Of a stretch of 64,000 bases of DNA, positions 34,492-48,479 are shown piece by piece. The translations under genes and the position numbers were made by a program. Each line of letters starts with the position of its first letter. Position 1 is the first letter of the stretch. The notes under the pieces are model-generated. The model was not told where the DNA came from. It searched no databases and saw nothing but the letters and a program-made list of their open reading frames with translations. The stretch is from Eledone cirrhosa (Eukaryota), in the NCBI GenBank assembly GCA_964016885.1, contig OZ024740.1, positions 265,794,001 through 265,858,000 of the forward strand, read 5' to 3'.

Positions 34492-37400
34492 CTACAGCCG
34501 CATGACCAGAGTAGGTCCAATCACACGGGCCATTCTCGCCACATTCACCCACCTTTCAGCAAATGTACTGGGAGGCAGCACTTCTCTCTCCACCCTCACC
34601 TTCCTTTCCAAGTGAAACTTGAAAAAGTTGATGAGGAATTGGCCGAAGAGAAAAGTGTCTGTCTTCAGTCCTTTCAACCTCGTCCACCATACAACCTCTT
34701 TCGCTACTGCCACCAGACAGAGGGAAATTGCCTGCCCTTCCTGGCGGCGGGTCGATCTTCACTATGGACTCGGCCGATAGCCGGATCCGTTCTACACGCG
34801 TCAACAGCTGTTCAACATAACTCCACAAGTCAGTAATGCACGGACACTGGACGAGTGCGTGCAGAACGGTTTCGTCGCTCTGCGCGCATCTCGGAGAGGT
34901 CCGTCTGACAGCACTTCCATGCCTGTAGAGTTTATCCCGAACCGGCAGTGCCCCCCGGTAGCACTGCCAAACGAGGGATTTTGGGAAATTATCCATCGTC
35001 CCCGGCTCGAAAGTTCTCCGGTACAGACTGGTTAGTTCGACTTCGTTGACTCCCAAAGCCTCTCCGGGTGCGTCGTCGCACTTGCCACCACTAAACCTCT
35101 ATAGAACTCGAGAGTGGAAGTTCCACTGACCACATTTCCCGCCTGGTAGAGGGCAGTGAGTGCCTGGCAACATTCCAGATGCCAGTCACCCAGTCTCGGT
35201 CTCTTCTTGACCCAGGACTGCAACTCAGTCAAAGAAACGAGCTGCGGAAAGGCCCGTCTGACAAACGGCGACCACACCTGTTCACCGTTTAGGCAGAATA
35301 TCTGGAGATGCCGCAGCCTCAGCGCGTGCCTGCGCATCATTAGCCACGGCAGTGGGTGCTGGCAGCAGATAGACCGCTTCACCAGCGGAATCTGACCCCT
35401 CCACAAGAATTTGAAGAGGAGCCGCTCCAAGATGGCGAGGCGCGAACGGGGGGCAAGGGACGACAGTCAGACGGTAGTAGATGACGGACGCGATGTACGC
35501 GTTCGCCACCTCCGCCCGACCTTTCAGTGATAGCTTCATCCCAGCCCATTTCTGGGTGAGACTGATTACCCTGCCCGTCACCTCGTCCCAATTTTTATCC
35601 ACCTGGAGGTCTGGCCCGAACCAAACCCCTAGCAACTCTACCGGTCCGTCCATCCAGCGCCTAACGACGCTGTTAGACGTCATGGACTTGCCTTTCCAGG
35701 TGCCGAGTTGCAAGCCTACTGACTTTTCCGGGTTAAGTTTTGCTCCCGTCAACCTTTCATATTCCTTCAATAAGTTGCCGACCACCTCGATTTCTGAGGT
35801 GTCCGACACCATCACGGTGATGTCGTCCGCATAAGCCGACACAGCCTTTCCGCGTCCCGGTTCGAGCGGGATACCCTGCAACAGCTCCAGCTTCCGCAGT
35901 AAAGGCTCGAGAGTCAATACGTACAGAAGGGAGGAGAGAGGGCACCCTTGACGGTTCCGAGAGGTGGCCATTAATTTTGACCATCGACCAGGTGCCGCCT
36001 TTCGATTGATCTAAATTGATCAGAGCCCCACCGAAGCCAGGTTTACACCAACCCTCTCTATGATGTATCGCATTAGGTGTAGGTTGTTGTGTATGGACTT
36101 GGTTGGGATTGCGCAAGTTTGCGCCTCCCCAACCAAATCCCCCACGACAAACGCCAACCTCTTCGCTAACACCCTGGCCAAAATCTTAAACTCTGTGTTG
36201 AGCAGAGTTATGGGCCTGAAATTGTCTAATGTGTCCCTCTTGTTCTCGTCTTTCCTTATCAGCGTCACAACACCCCGGCTCACAGAACTGGGAATACTCC
36301 CGTTTTGCTGCCAGTTGCAGTAGAGGACTTCGAGGAGATTGGAGAACAAGTCTTGTATATTTACGTAAAGCTCGTAGGGCAGACCATCCAAACAGGGTGA
36401 CTTGCGCCTCATGCAGCCTACAAGGGCATCCTGAATCTCGGCTGAAGTAATTGGCCTTTCGCAGCGCCCAGCGTCAGCCGTCGAGAGTTGCGGCAAGCCA
36501 TCGAGGTAGGGACTGAAGTCCGCCACCATCTCTGACTCGCCACTTCCCCCGAACAACCGAGCAAAATGTTGGCGAAAGGCCTCACACATCCTCTTGGAAT
36601 CGTTCAGCTCGTGCCCGTCTCGGTCCGTCAAAGACCGAATCGTGGTTTTAATACCACGCTGCGCCTCTGCCACGCGGGCCCATCGAACAGCTTTGGTTCC
36701 TTCGTTTCTCAGAGCACGCGCCTTAGCTCTGACAATGCAACCTTCGTGTTTCGCATTGAAGAAATGGTCTAATGCCATTCTCGCCGCTAGCACGTCAGTT
36801 GCAATGCCACTACCAATAGCCTCGTCTAACTTATCTACCAACTCCCCCTCCTTTCTATTTTTCTCTAATGCTACTTATTTGCTAAACTTTATCGACATTA
36901 CTCTAATCTCTCTTTTGAGAGCCCCCACCATCTATTGTTGACGACTCCCCCTGTCAACTTTTTCTTAACTAAATTGTTGACCTGGTCCCTGTAAGCCTTA
37001 CGTGCCGGAAATGAGATGTTTAGCTTCCAGTAACCAGATCCTAACCTACGCGTCTTATCTAGGTCGACCATACAGATCACAAACTTGTGATCTGAATAGG
37101 CGACCGTTTCAAAACGTGGACAGCTTACACTATTTCCGTCTATTTTCCTAATGAATATCCTGTCTATATACGATCTAGATGACCCTATGCGGTTAGCCCA
37201 GGTCCAGACTGGCGCATTAGGGAAATCTAGTCGGTACCTGTCAGACAGTTGGAACTGGCTGATCAGGTTCTTGAGGCTTTTGCACCCCCCGCTCCTATCG
37301 GATTCTCCCACACAGTCCCAGCGTGCGTCTAAGATGCCGTTCCAGTCTCCCGCTAACAGTAAAGGGCGAGACGTACCCAGAAAGGCTTCCAGGCGTCTAA

Positions 37401-37767
37401 AGATGTCCGGTCGTCCTGTCCCAGTAGGAGCATAGACGGCCACCAGTCTAAAGGCACCACCTTCATTATTGTTCACGTCCAGGACCACCAGCTTCCCGTC
37501 CGGTTCCCGGAAGATCGACCTTACCACGAGATCCAGGCCTTTCCTAAACAGCACTGCCACCCCGCCTCCCATTCCCGGCCGGCTAACAGATGCAAAGATT
37601 TGATAGTCGTCGAAAAAGGGGGCTAGTGCGCGCGTTTCGGAAATCCTGGTCTCGCTGACTGCAATTACATCCATTTCTATAGACCTGAGGTCGTTGAGCA
37701 GGTAACCCTGCTTCCAGGACGATACCAGGCCTCGAACATTTAAACATCCTACTCTTAATACGGCCAT
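34492..37767 (-). pseudogene. Tx1 ORF2 (AP endonuclease, reverse transcriptase, zinc finger), disrupted
   Basis: CLNVRG, SET, VYAP, GDWN, SDH, YWKLN; FRPITLLN; RQGCPLS, YADD; split over several frames. Confidence 0.93.
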
Positions 37768-37801
37768 GTTGGCAGGTAAAACAGAGAGAAGGAAGGTTTA
37801 T

Positions 37802-39776
37802 TTACCTTCCGGGCTCTTGTGAAGGTCGGGTTGTTTCTTTTGGGAACCCCTTTAAAAGTCTTGAAGTGGGTTTTACGTTCGGGGTTCCCATGTCCCGAGG
37901 AAAGCTGTCTCTTATTTCTTTGAATATGTCGAGCGACATTCGCACCAGAAGCAAATCTCCCGGCACGCGAAATGTGATCGATTTAAAAAAGTCCCCCTCT
38001 TTTTGTATATTTTCACTTCGTGCTACGAGGGCCATCAGTTCCTTGTTGGCCCTCCTGACGAGCACGAAGTTTTGTATGTTTTGTTGGTGTGATTTTATTT
38101 GTTTGCGTGGTTGTGGTGGTGATGGTTTTGGTGGTGTTGTTTCGGTTGTATCTGTGTTTGTTGTGAGTGCGGTGTCTGTGGATTCAGATGTTTGTGTGTA
38201 TATTTGTTCTTGCGTCTGTTTCGGTTGTTTGCGTTTGGGGGATTCTGGTGATGGTGATGGTGGTGTTGATGTTTGTGTTATTGGAGAGATATTTGCGTGG
38301 GTGGTGTCTGCGTTTTTTATTGTGGGTGCTTTTGTGCTTTGTTGAGTTTTTTTTTTCTTTTTGTGTTTCCTTTTTTGTATTTCCCTCATTTTCACTACTG
38401 GTAGATGAGGGGTCTGTGTCTGTAAGTGTGTCTGTATGTATGTTTAACGTTTTATTGGTGTGTGTATTTTGGGGGGGAGGGGGAATTTGACAGCTTTCCT
38501 CGTTTCCACCCTGGGTGGTCAATGTTGGTGGTGGTTTTTCTATTGGTGTTGTTGTTGGTGGTTTTGCCGGTGCAGGTGTAGGTTATGGTCCTCGCCCCGG
38601 CAGCAGTGGAGCCTTTCGACCCCTTGCCTCTTTCAGCAGTTGAGGGCAGAAGGCTCGCAAATGGGTTTTTTCCCAACAAACAAAACACTGCGGCCTTTTG
38701 CCTTCGGTGATAATGTGAATGACAGTCCCATTCTGAAGGCGGATGTGGTCTGGGATTGTCTTCACATTCTCGGGCCTGATCTGGAGAAGGATCTCCAGGT
38801 CAACCCCGGACCAGTCCTCTCTGGCCGTTCTGGTCACTTCTATAGGGACTGTATCCGTCCCCTCCACAATCACACATCCCAGAAGCCACCACATGTCAAG
38901 TCCTGGTGGGATTCTGGGAATGCGGAGACGGGCCGTTCTTTTTCCCATGTGGGAGGGGTACATTATGACCTTGCTGGTTTTGCAAGGAGTCATAGCGTGT
39001 TTAATAGCGAGGGCTTCTGACTTGAACAACACCGAAATGGTGCCGTACTGTCTGCCCCTCTCTATGTACTGAGTGTCTTCTCTGATGCACCTCAGCGCGA
39101 CTTCGACATCTTCTTGTGGGATTAACGCTGCCCTTTTGGTTTGTGCTGAGATGCATCTATAATGCACCGTTTTGCGCTCCACTGCCTCAATAGCTTCTAC
39201 CGGGACAGTTAAGTTGGCCCAAGTTTGCTCTTGCTTGATGAGCTTCCATGCCTGGGCCAACTTTTCATCTTTGTTTAAGAGGTCCATGTTGAAGCATGAC
39301 CTCTTTTTTGCTGCTGCCGCAGCGAAAGTGGTCTTGTTTTCGTTGGGGGTGTTGTTGACGTTGTGCTTGTTGGTGTTGTTGTTAGCACTGTCGCTGTTAT
39401 CATTGTTGTCTTTGTTGCCACCGTTGTTCCCGGTGCAGTTGGTATTGTTGCTGTTGGTGTTGTCGCTATTTGTTTTCATGTTAGTGGTGTTGATATTGTT
39501 GTTGTATTTGTTTTGTTTTTTTTTTGTTATCTGTATTTTCGTTGTCGCTGTTACTGTCATTTTTTCAAAATTAGAGTTCTTATTGGTATCATTGGTGTCT
39601 TTGTTTACCTTGTTTGTGGTGGTGTTTGTGTTATCAATATGTGTTAATTTCGCTGTAGCGCTCCTCTCAACTTCTACGTCGTTGTCGCACGACAGCCGAC
39701 ATATCGCTGGGGGGGGGCGTGGCTCAGCCATGTTTTTTTTTTTTCGTAAATTTTTTAACATGTAAAAAAAGTTCAA
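37802..39776 (-). pseudogene. Tx1 ORF1 (Gag-like, CCHC knuckle CFVCWEKTHLRAFC), frameshifted C-terminus
   Basis: ORFs 38583-39776 and 37802-38395. Confidence 0.85.
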
Positions 39777-39950
39777 ATATTTGGGCCAAAAGGCCCAAAT
39801 ATTATACTTTCGCCTTCACGGGGCAAAGTCTAAGTGCTTATGTCCCTTACACAACAAGAAATATTTAACAACAAATAATTTAAACAGGCAAATAAAGCGA
39901 CTTACTGTGAGCGAGCAAACTACGTCCGCTTAGACCAATAATAATAATAA

Positions 39951-40148
39951 TAAATTTGAAGACTAAAATCCAAAGAGGGCTCGATAAGGATAAATATATT
40001 TATTAAAATAACAGATTAAAGTTTAAGCAAAGAATCGCTGCTTTCACCCTTAACGGGATCTTCTAAAACTAACCAAGTTTCAGAAGATCCCGTTAAGGGT
40101 GAAAGCAGCGATTCTTCGCTTAAACTTTAATCTGTTATTTTAATAAAT
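39951..40148. repeat. Fold-back pseudo-LTR fragment (~70-bp arms) of the 62-63 kb Penelope family
   Basis: ~39997-40064 is inverted relative to 40082-40148; 39951-39995 matches 61855-61900. Confidence 0.88.
40075..40127 (+). ncRNA. Type I hammerhead, CAGAAGA (A4) core; a mirrored degenerate copy lies at 40020-40070 (-)
   Basis: aagttt-CAGAAGA-t-ccc gttaa ggg-t-GAAA-gcagcgattcttcgc-TT-aaactt. Confidence 0.7.
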
Positions 40149-40150
40149 AT

Positions 40151-40219
<69 letters not shown>

Positions 40220-40355
40220 CATGGCTAGATACATGGATAGATACATAAATATATGGATACATATATATAGAGAGATAGAGAGATAGATAGATACATACAT
40301 ACATACATACATACATAAACTGATGTTTGGATGGATAGCTAGCTAGCTAGCTAAC

Positions 40356-40424
<69 letters not shown>

Positions 40425-40426
<2 letters not shown>

Positions 40427-43400
40427 GTTTCTATTTATTTGTCACGAGGGCACAAAAGAAGGGGACAAATACAAGGGGGGAGGTTACATAAAGGAACCAG
40501 TAAAAAAAAAAATATAAAATTAACATTACATCCTCAATAGGGAGGAGGCGTTTTGGGGGTTACACACACCCCTGAAAAAGTGTGCAACCCTTTTCCCCAC
40601 GAGCACAGAGAGGGGGTGCTCCTTTGCACTTCCACCTCTCCACCTACAGGCTGATAAAGAGAGAAGGCCCATTCACACGGGCCATTCTCGCTACTTTCAC
40701 CCACCTTTCATAAAACTTGCTGGGGTAGAGCCCCTCTCTCTCCATGCTGATCCTTCTCTTAAAATGGTATTTAAAGAAAAGGACCAGTTGTTGGCCGTAG
40801 AGAAAGGTGTCCGACCTCAGCCCTTTCAAACGTGTCTACCATGCCTCCTCTTTCGCCATGGCTATTACACAGAGAAAGACCGCCTCTCCTTCATTTTTGA
40901 AGGGGGGCGGCGGCTTGATCGTTACAATGGACTCAGTGGTCCACCGGATTGGTCCCACCCGTGACAGCAGTCGTTCGACATAGCCCCACAGATCGGCAAC
41001 GCCCGAGCAGTGTACCAATGCGTGCCCAACGGTTTCCTCGTCGTGCACGCATCGGTGACAGATTTTTTTCGAAGGGCTCCTACCCGGGCGCCCATGTCTG
41101 TAGAGCGTTTCTCGAACGGGCAGCGCCCCTCGGTAGCACTGCCAGGCCAGGGACCTGTGTAAGTTGTCCATAGGTCCCGGGCCAAATGTCCTCCCGAATA
41201 GGCTGGACAGTTCGTCTTCCTCCATGCCTAGGGCTTGTCTGAGGGCGTCGTCGCACCTACTAACCACCAGCCCTCTATAGAATGACGAGGTGGAGTCTCC
41301 ACCGATAGCCGGATGCGCCTGCCAGAGAGCCGTGAGCGCCTGGGCACACTCGGTGTGCCAGGCGCCCAGTTACCTTGGTCTTTGCTTGACCCAGGACTGC
41401 AGCTCGGTGAGCGAGACGAGTCTCGGAAAGGCTCGCCTCACCGATGGATCTCCTCACCAAAGGAGCCCGCTTCTTCCAAAGGAATTGGAAGAGTGCGCGC
41501 TCCATTTTGGTGAGCGTTTCCCTTGGGCAAGGCACGAGGGTCAGGCGGTAAAAAGATGACGGGCGCTATATAAGCGTTCGCCACCTCCGCCCAACCTTTC
41601 AGGGAGAGTTTAACTCAGCCCACTTCCCCGTCAGCGCAAACACCATGAAAACGGGTCCGAAACCTTCCGCCACTAGCACCGCATCCAGGTAACGATGGTC
41701 GACCTCATCGAACGCCTTAGATTGATCCAAGTTGATCAGGGCCCCACCAAAGCCGGGTTCGTTCCCAACCCTCACTATGATGTATCGCATGATATGGAGG
41801 TTGTCGTGAATGGAACTGGACGGGATGGCGCATGTCTGCGCATCTCCCACCAGGTTGCCCACGACAAGCGCCAACCTCTTTGCTAACACCTTGGCCAAAA
41901 TCTTTAACTCTGCATTTAGTAGTGTTATGGGCCTAAAATTACTTATTTCATCCCCCTTGTTGTCGTCCTTCCTCACTAGCGAGACTACGCCCTTGGTCAA
42001 AGAACAGGGAATTCTCCCGTTCTGTTGCCAGTTGCAGTAGACCCCTTCGAGGATATCGAAGAACAAGTCCGGCATACTTAAATACAGTTCGTATGGAAGA
42101 CCATCGAGGCCCGCAGATTTGCGTCTGCCGCATTGGCTCATCACGTCCCCTATTTCAGCAGCTGAGATCGGCCTCTCGTAGGACTTCGGCTCCTCGTCCG
42201 AAAGACGCGGCAGGCCTTCGAGGTATGGCCCGAGGTCCACATCCCCATCCGGCCCCTCGTCCCTTCCGAAAAATCGGGCAAACTACCTTTGAAAGGCCTC
42301 GCTCATCTGCTTAGGTTCAAGGATCACCCGTCCATCCTGGTCTCGCAAAGACCGGATAGTGGATCTAGTCCCACTTTTGGCTTCTGTCACGCGGGCCCAG
42401 CTAACAGCTTTGGTCCCCTCGTTTCCCAGAGCACGTATTTTGCTTCGGACAACGCATCATTCGTGTTTCGCGTCGAAGAACTGGCCCAAGGCCGTTCTCG
42501 ACGCTAGCACTCTGGCTACGTCGCCGCTTCTAATTGCCTCTGCTACACTATCTACCAACTCCCTTTCCTTCCTATTTCTATCTTAGGCTAACTCCTTACT
42601 AACTCCCATTGAAGCTACTCTAATCTCTCTTTTGAGAGAGTCCCACCACTTCCTGTTGACGATGGTGCCCGTCAACCGCTCATTAACTAATCTACTAATC
42701 CAGTTCCTGTAAGCTTTACTTGCCGGTAAGGACAAGTTGAGCTTCCAGTAACCGGGTCCCTGTCAATGCGTTCTATCAAGGTTGACCATGGAGGTCACTA
42801 ACTTGTGGTCTGAATAGTCAGCCATGAGCATTTTTGGACAACTTAAAATGTCCCTATCCTTATTTCTAACTAAGAACCTATCTAGGTACGATCTAGATTT
42901 ACCGCTGTGGTTTCTTCAAGTACAGGTTGGCACAGTCGGAAAATCTAGTCGATTTCTATCGGCCAGGTTGAATCGGCCGATTAACCCCCTCTATCAGGAC
43001 ATGCCCCTACATGGTCCCAACGTGCATCTAGGATACCATTCCAGTCCCCCACTAAAAGCAAGGAGCGAGATGTCCCTAGAAAAGTCTCCAGACGATGGAA
43101 GAAGTCCGGCCGCATTGACCAAAAGGGCCGTAGACGGCGACCAGCCTAAAAGCTCCGCCTTCACCACTGCCATGGTCCAGAACCACTAGTCGACCCTCCG
43201 GGTCCAAGTGTACCGTCTGTGTAGCGAGACCCAGATGTTTTTGCAGCAGAACGACAACCACACCCCCACCTCCGGGCTGTCAGAGAGATGCGTGCAACTC
43301 AAAGTCATCAAAGGTGGGGGCCAGCTGTCGCATGCTGCTGATCCGTGCCTCGCAAATAACCATCACATTTATACATCGTGACCTGAGGTCATTTAAAAGC

Positions 43401-45596
43401 ATTGCTTGCTTCCAAGGTGAGCCCAGGCCACGCGCATTTAGACAACCTATTCTCAACACAGCCATGTTGGTGGTAAAGAGAAAAGGCACTTACCTCTCTG
43501 CGTCTCGAGGACCGGGCCGCACAATTTCCATGGGGGTGGGGGATGGGTTGTTGGGTGGGGTGGTGGTTTGTGGAAGTGTAGGGGCATCAGTGTGTGGTGG
43601 GGTTGGGGTGTTTGGAGTCGTGTGGGTGTCTGGGGGGGGGGGGGGTATTTTTTAGGAGGACACGCTTAATGGGTCTGACGCAGCCCCCCCCCTCTTTAAA
43701 AGTGTCGTTTAACGTTTTGTAAATGTCCATTGAGGCTTTTATCATTTTTAGATGGGGAAGCCCCGTTGCTTGTGCAAAATTCGAACCTTCGGTTTTTATT
43801 AAGTTGTTATTATAAATAACGTTTAACAGTTTTTTGTTTATTGTATTTATGTAAGTATATGCATATTTTTCTTTTTGTGTGATGTTTTTTGTTTGTTGTT
43901 GTTGTGTTTTTTTGTGTTGATATCTGTGTTATGTATTGGGGAGGGGTTGTTTGTATTTGTGTTCCTGTGGTGTGTTTTCTTTTTTTTTCTTTTAACTTTA
44001 TGAAAATGTCCTCCCCCCCCCCTCGTCTGACGACGAAAGGGGTCGTCTTCCGCATTCGAGGGGAGGGGTTTATTTTCGGCTCGTGTTTGTGGTGTAGGTG
44101 TCATTGTATTTGTTTTCTGTGTGAGGGGGATTGGTGCGATTGTTTTCAGTTGTGTTTTAACTTGTGGTGTTAGTTGTTTTTGTGGTGGTGGAGGTTGTGT
44201 TGGTAGTGTTGTAGTTGTTGGTGTGGGCAAAATCGGTGTTTTTTTGTTTGCTTGGGAACAGGCAGCCCTCAGGTGACCTCTGCCACCACAGAGGTAACAA
44301 GCGGGTCGTCTACCCTCCACTGTGATGTGTAAGTAGGCAAGCCCATCCAGCAATATGCGGTCGGGGACCCTAGCAATTCGTTCTGGCTGCATTTGCACCA
44401 GAACTTGCAGGCTAGTTCCACCGAACACCTTACTGGAAGACTTACCTACCGAAATTACTGCATCCTGTTTCAAGTCGAGGAGGCCACACAGTACCGCCCA
44501 GAAATCAATATCTGGATCGATACTGTGTATGGTCAATCTTTGTGTTCTTCTTCCCAAATAAGTGGGGAAGAAGGTAAATAAGGGGGACACAATTGGGGCC
44601 AGGGAATGTTTTTCGGCCGTCAATTTGTCTTTCATACATGATGGATAGACTACCGTAGAGTCTATCCTTCCGAATGAATACAATGTTTTTCAGATGATCT
44701 TTTAAAGCCAGTTCAATCTCTGTCTGTGTGAGTTGTACTGGCTTACGGGTTTTGTTTGATATTGTCCTATAAATAATAGTTTTTAAGCTATTTTCCTTTT
44801 TTAGCTCTGGGGGAGAATTTAAAGAACATAGACCATTCACCTCCAAAGTTATATACTTTCATGCATTTTCCATTTGCTGGGCCATGTTCGAAATGTCAAT
44901 AGGTTCATACACAATGATTTTTTTTATGGTTTGAGCGAACGTCATTTTGTTCGCCCCCTCTCTGTTTACATTTGTCGAAATGAGGTTGTTTTCTTGTTTT
45001 TTGTTGTTACAATTATCATTTTTTGTTGTGTTTGTGTTATTTATGTTGGTGTATGCGTTCACATTTTTTCCCCGTTGGGGTTAGACTCCATTTCTTCAAA
45101 AAGTTCACATATTTTCAGTATCCGAGAGACTTGTAGTCACAGCTACTACTTCTATTTCACCTTTGCTGGTGGGCTTGGCACCGTGATAAGTCGAAACGGC
45201 ATCCATTAATGTTGGCAATTTCTCCGAGTAAATTTTTTTCACATTTTTTTCATTAGGGTTAGTTCCATTTTTTCAATGTTTCTAATAATCATTATTCTTT
45301 CAGTAGGGAGGCTTGTTGCCTCCGCTACCCGCTCTCCTTCAGTTTATTTAGTGGGCGTGTCGTCGTTACCTGTGGTAATGGCTTCCATTAACACTAGCAT
45401 AGAGACAATCACAAGATTTTTAGGATGAAAAATTTCACCCCAAAAGGGGTGAAAAATAATTAACCCTAATGTCCGAAGACGCAGGCAAGGGGGTTAATTA
45501 ACACAATAACGCAAGAATACAGACAAACACTTATGGTAACCTGTAACATATCCAATAATCGAGGAGCCGATGTGAAGCACGTCTATACCATCCGGA
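40425..45596 (-). mobile_element. Full-span but internally deleted Tx1/L1-clade element flanked by (GATA)n
   Basis: ORF1 knuckle CYLCGGRGHLRAAC (43847-44683), APE from 43466, RT N-terminal part 41599-42240; RT core deleted near 41645; (TAGA)n on both sides. Confidence 0.92.
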
Positions 45597-45827
45597 GATA
45601 CATAGATAGATAGATACACAAATAGATAGATAATCATACATATTTGCATCGTGGCTCATGAATATGTTAAAATCTTCCGAAAGAAACCACCTCTTATCAT
45701 AGAATTAAGAATTGTTTCTGTTGTTGTTCTTGTTGTTTCTAATTAAAACCAATATCGCAGGCTAAAATTTCATCTTAGAAAATCCACAATACAAAATGCC
45801 CATAGCCTCAAACATCTACAGCTGCCG

Positions 45828-45909
<82 letters not shown>

Positions 45910-46759
45910 GATATTACTACTACTGAAATTTGTCTCTTTTAATCAAATTCCTCCATTCAAATTCAAGCAATAATTTCTATTTTGTTTAGGCCACTTCTTC
46001 TCCAACCTACTACAAGTATTCATATTTAAAGTAATTTGCTATATTTCACCAAAACACTATTTTTACACAATCATTTCAAGAAGTCATATTTATCTAATTA
46101 CCTCAAGCTGTTTTGTACAATTATATCAACAAACTTTATTTATACATGAACGTCACCAGGCTATTGTCATACACGTTCATAATCATTCTTCTTATGTATC
46201 TCAGTCCACGAACCAGCTTCATATATAAGTGTATATATTTATGGACTCAGAAATTGAATAGCAAATTTAAACGAGGTTGTATAATATCATAAAATAAATA
46301 AGCATTTGAATACATAGTCACCACAATGCAGATAAATATAATACAAGCTGATAACTAAGAATAACAGTTGGGTAAAGTGGGTAAAGTAGTCGTGGAGACA
46401 CAAAATCATAGACATAGTCGCTTGGCTGGTTTGGGTCCCCACTAGAATCTCTATCCATCTGTTAGTCTATCCCTTCAAACGAATCAAGCTGGGACTCAAA
46501 TATCTTTGGCTCCATGTTGTCACTGGGACATACGGAATAACTAAGACACTATACAAATATATGAATTCATACCCACATGTGTATGTATAGTTCCGTACCT
46601 CCTGCTGGAGTCGTAGGGGCGCCATATTGTCATACGGTGTTTCGGGATTGTTTTAAAACCTGGTGGAGCCCAATCCTCTCCAGCTATGAATACAGCAGAT
46701 TTCTTCAAGATAGAGTGTGTGAAAGAATGGAAATAAGAGAGAGAGATATATATAGGAAG

Positions 46760-46915
46760 AATTGACCCTCAGTACTTGATTGGTACAATTTTTATCGACC
46801 TTGAATGGAGGAAAGGCTAAGTTGACCTCGGCAGGATTTGAACTCAGAGAGCAGAGAACCGAAACAAATACCACGAATTATTCCATCCAACGTTCTAACG
46901 ATTCTGCCAATTCGC
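46760..46915 (-). mobile_element. tRNA-derived Nin/Deu-like SINE
   Basis: Reverse complement reads gagttcaaatcctgccgaggtcaacttagcctttcctcc...gtcgataaaaattgtacc. Confidence 0.7.
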
Positions 46916-47519
46916 ACATATACACATACATATACACACACATAAAAAGATGAGTAAAAAAAATAATATGAGATAAAAAAAAATAATATGAGATATTATT
47001 TAATGAGTTAAAGAGAAACTAATTCGTGAAATATTGACGGAGATGACCGTTTTCTTTTTAGAACACAATAGCATGATTCCGTTCTTTTTTTTTTTCTTTT
47101 TTTTTCGTTTTTTTTTTTTGTTCTACATTTCTAAATTCCTCGATTTGGAATATTCCTGCTCAACTTTTACACACCTCCTTCAGAATTCCCTGTCCTCCAT
47201 TACCTTTCCTGTACAGTCATTATCACCTCAAATATTTTTTTATTCATGATGAATTGTGGATAAATTGGTGGGTAAGATAGAGTATCGTTGGGTAAAGTAA
47301 GAGTAAGTAAATTGTGGTCAAAATTACGGATAAGATTTTGGCTAAATTGGACACATGTAAATTTATTATACTTAAACATATCGAATATTCCTTCATACAC
47401 ACATCTATTATGGACCAGGCTATCTTACTGCAACTGATAATTAATCCAAGCCGGACTAGTTCGCCCTCTGCGTAAATGAACAACTACAGATAATCTAAAT
47501 GGATGAACATACAAGAGGC

Positions 47520-47645
47520 ACGTATATCCTTAACGTAGATGTTAGTGAGAATCAGCGTGACACAATGTTTTCCTTTGAATTAACTGCGTGAACTGGAGCA
47601 GCGTGAAATAGAATGTTTTGCTCGAAATGACAACACGCTGAGAAG
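47520..47645 (-). mobile_element. Degraded CORE-like SINE
   Basis: Reverse complement contains gagcaaaacattctatttcacgctgctccagttcacgcag, similar to 33270-33320. Confidence 0.5.
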
Positions 47646-47864
47646 AATCACTAAGTCATACACCTATATATATAGTAATAATAATAAATGTGAAGACTAA
47701 AATCCGAAGAAGGCTCGATAAGGATAATATATATCAAAAATATAAAAACCATTCTGTTATTTTAATATATATATATATATATATATAACTTGTTCTAATA
47801 TAGTCACACTCTACTATCCCAAATATCGAGTACCCTGTTGAATAATGGTCCAACTAGTGATGAT

Positions 47865-48380
47865 GGCTGCAAACTCTGCTAAGAGTACTGCAATTGCTTG
47901 GAGAATGATAGAGTTTGGTGCACTTTTAGGCTACGGCCAGTCACACAAAGCTGTACTGTAACATATCCTCAACAAGCAATGCCTGTGCGTTGAATGTGTT
48001 TTAAATGGGAAAACGCCTTGCACTCGACCAATCCCACTCTCTGAGTATCGAAAACACTACCCGAAAAGGAGAACTGGTCAACATCATCGGATGCTTCCGA
48101 AGCCGCAGGTTTTCTTTTCCAGAGTTTCCCTCTCCTAGAAAGGTGCTGTGACAACTTGGGGCCTTTCACTCCCAGGTGGGAAAAAAAGTAATATTTGGAT
48201 GGCCGTTGAATCTGCTGAGTTCCTCCGCCTTTTGCTGGGTCTTGTATTTCATCCTGCAGGGTGTCACTCTCCTCACCAAGCAAGTTTGGTGTGGTTGCCG
48301 GTTTAGTCGCCGACGACCCGACCATGAGACAGGTTGTACTGGGTTACATGTTACAGCAGCACTCGAGAATGACCTGACAT
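47865..48380 (-). mobile_element. RTE-type non-autonomous element
   Basis: Shares the 5' gtcaggtca...cccagtacaacctgtctcatggtcgggtcg and the ctaggagagggaaactctg motif with the 50954-53186 copies. Confidence 0.7.
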
Positions 48381-48391
48381 AATTAGTTATC

Positions 48392-48478
<87 letters not shown>

Positions 48479-48479
48479 A

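Larger units (their letters stand above)
34233..39937 (-). mobile_element. Near full-length Tx1/L1-clade non-LTR retrotransposon flanked by (AAT)n
   Basis: ORF1 with zinc knuckle; ORF2 APE-RT-ZnF with frameshifts; 5' motif gcggacgt; 3' AATAAA; aataataat on both ends. Confidence 0.95.

Noticed and set aside
45600-47860. Host gene exons in the unique-looking sequence (also 57660-58630)
   Set aside because: No recognisable domain or supportable splice structure; small exons cannot be excluded without RNA data.
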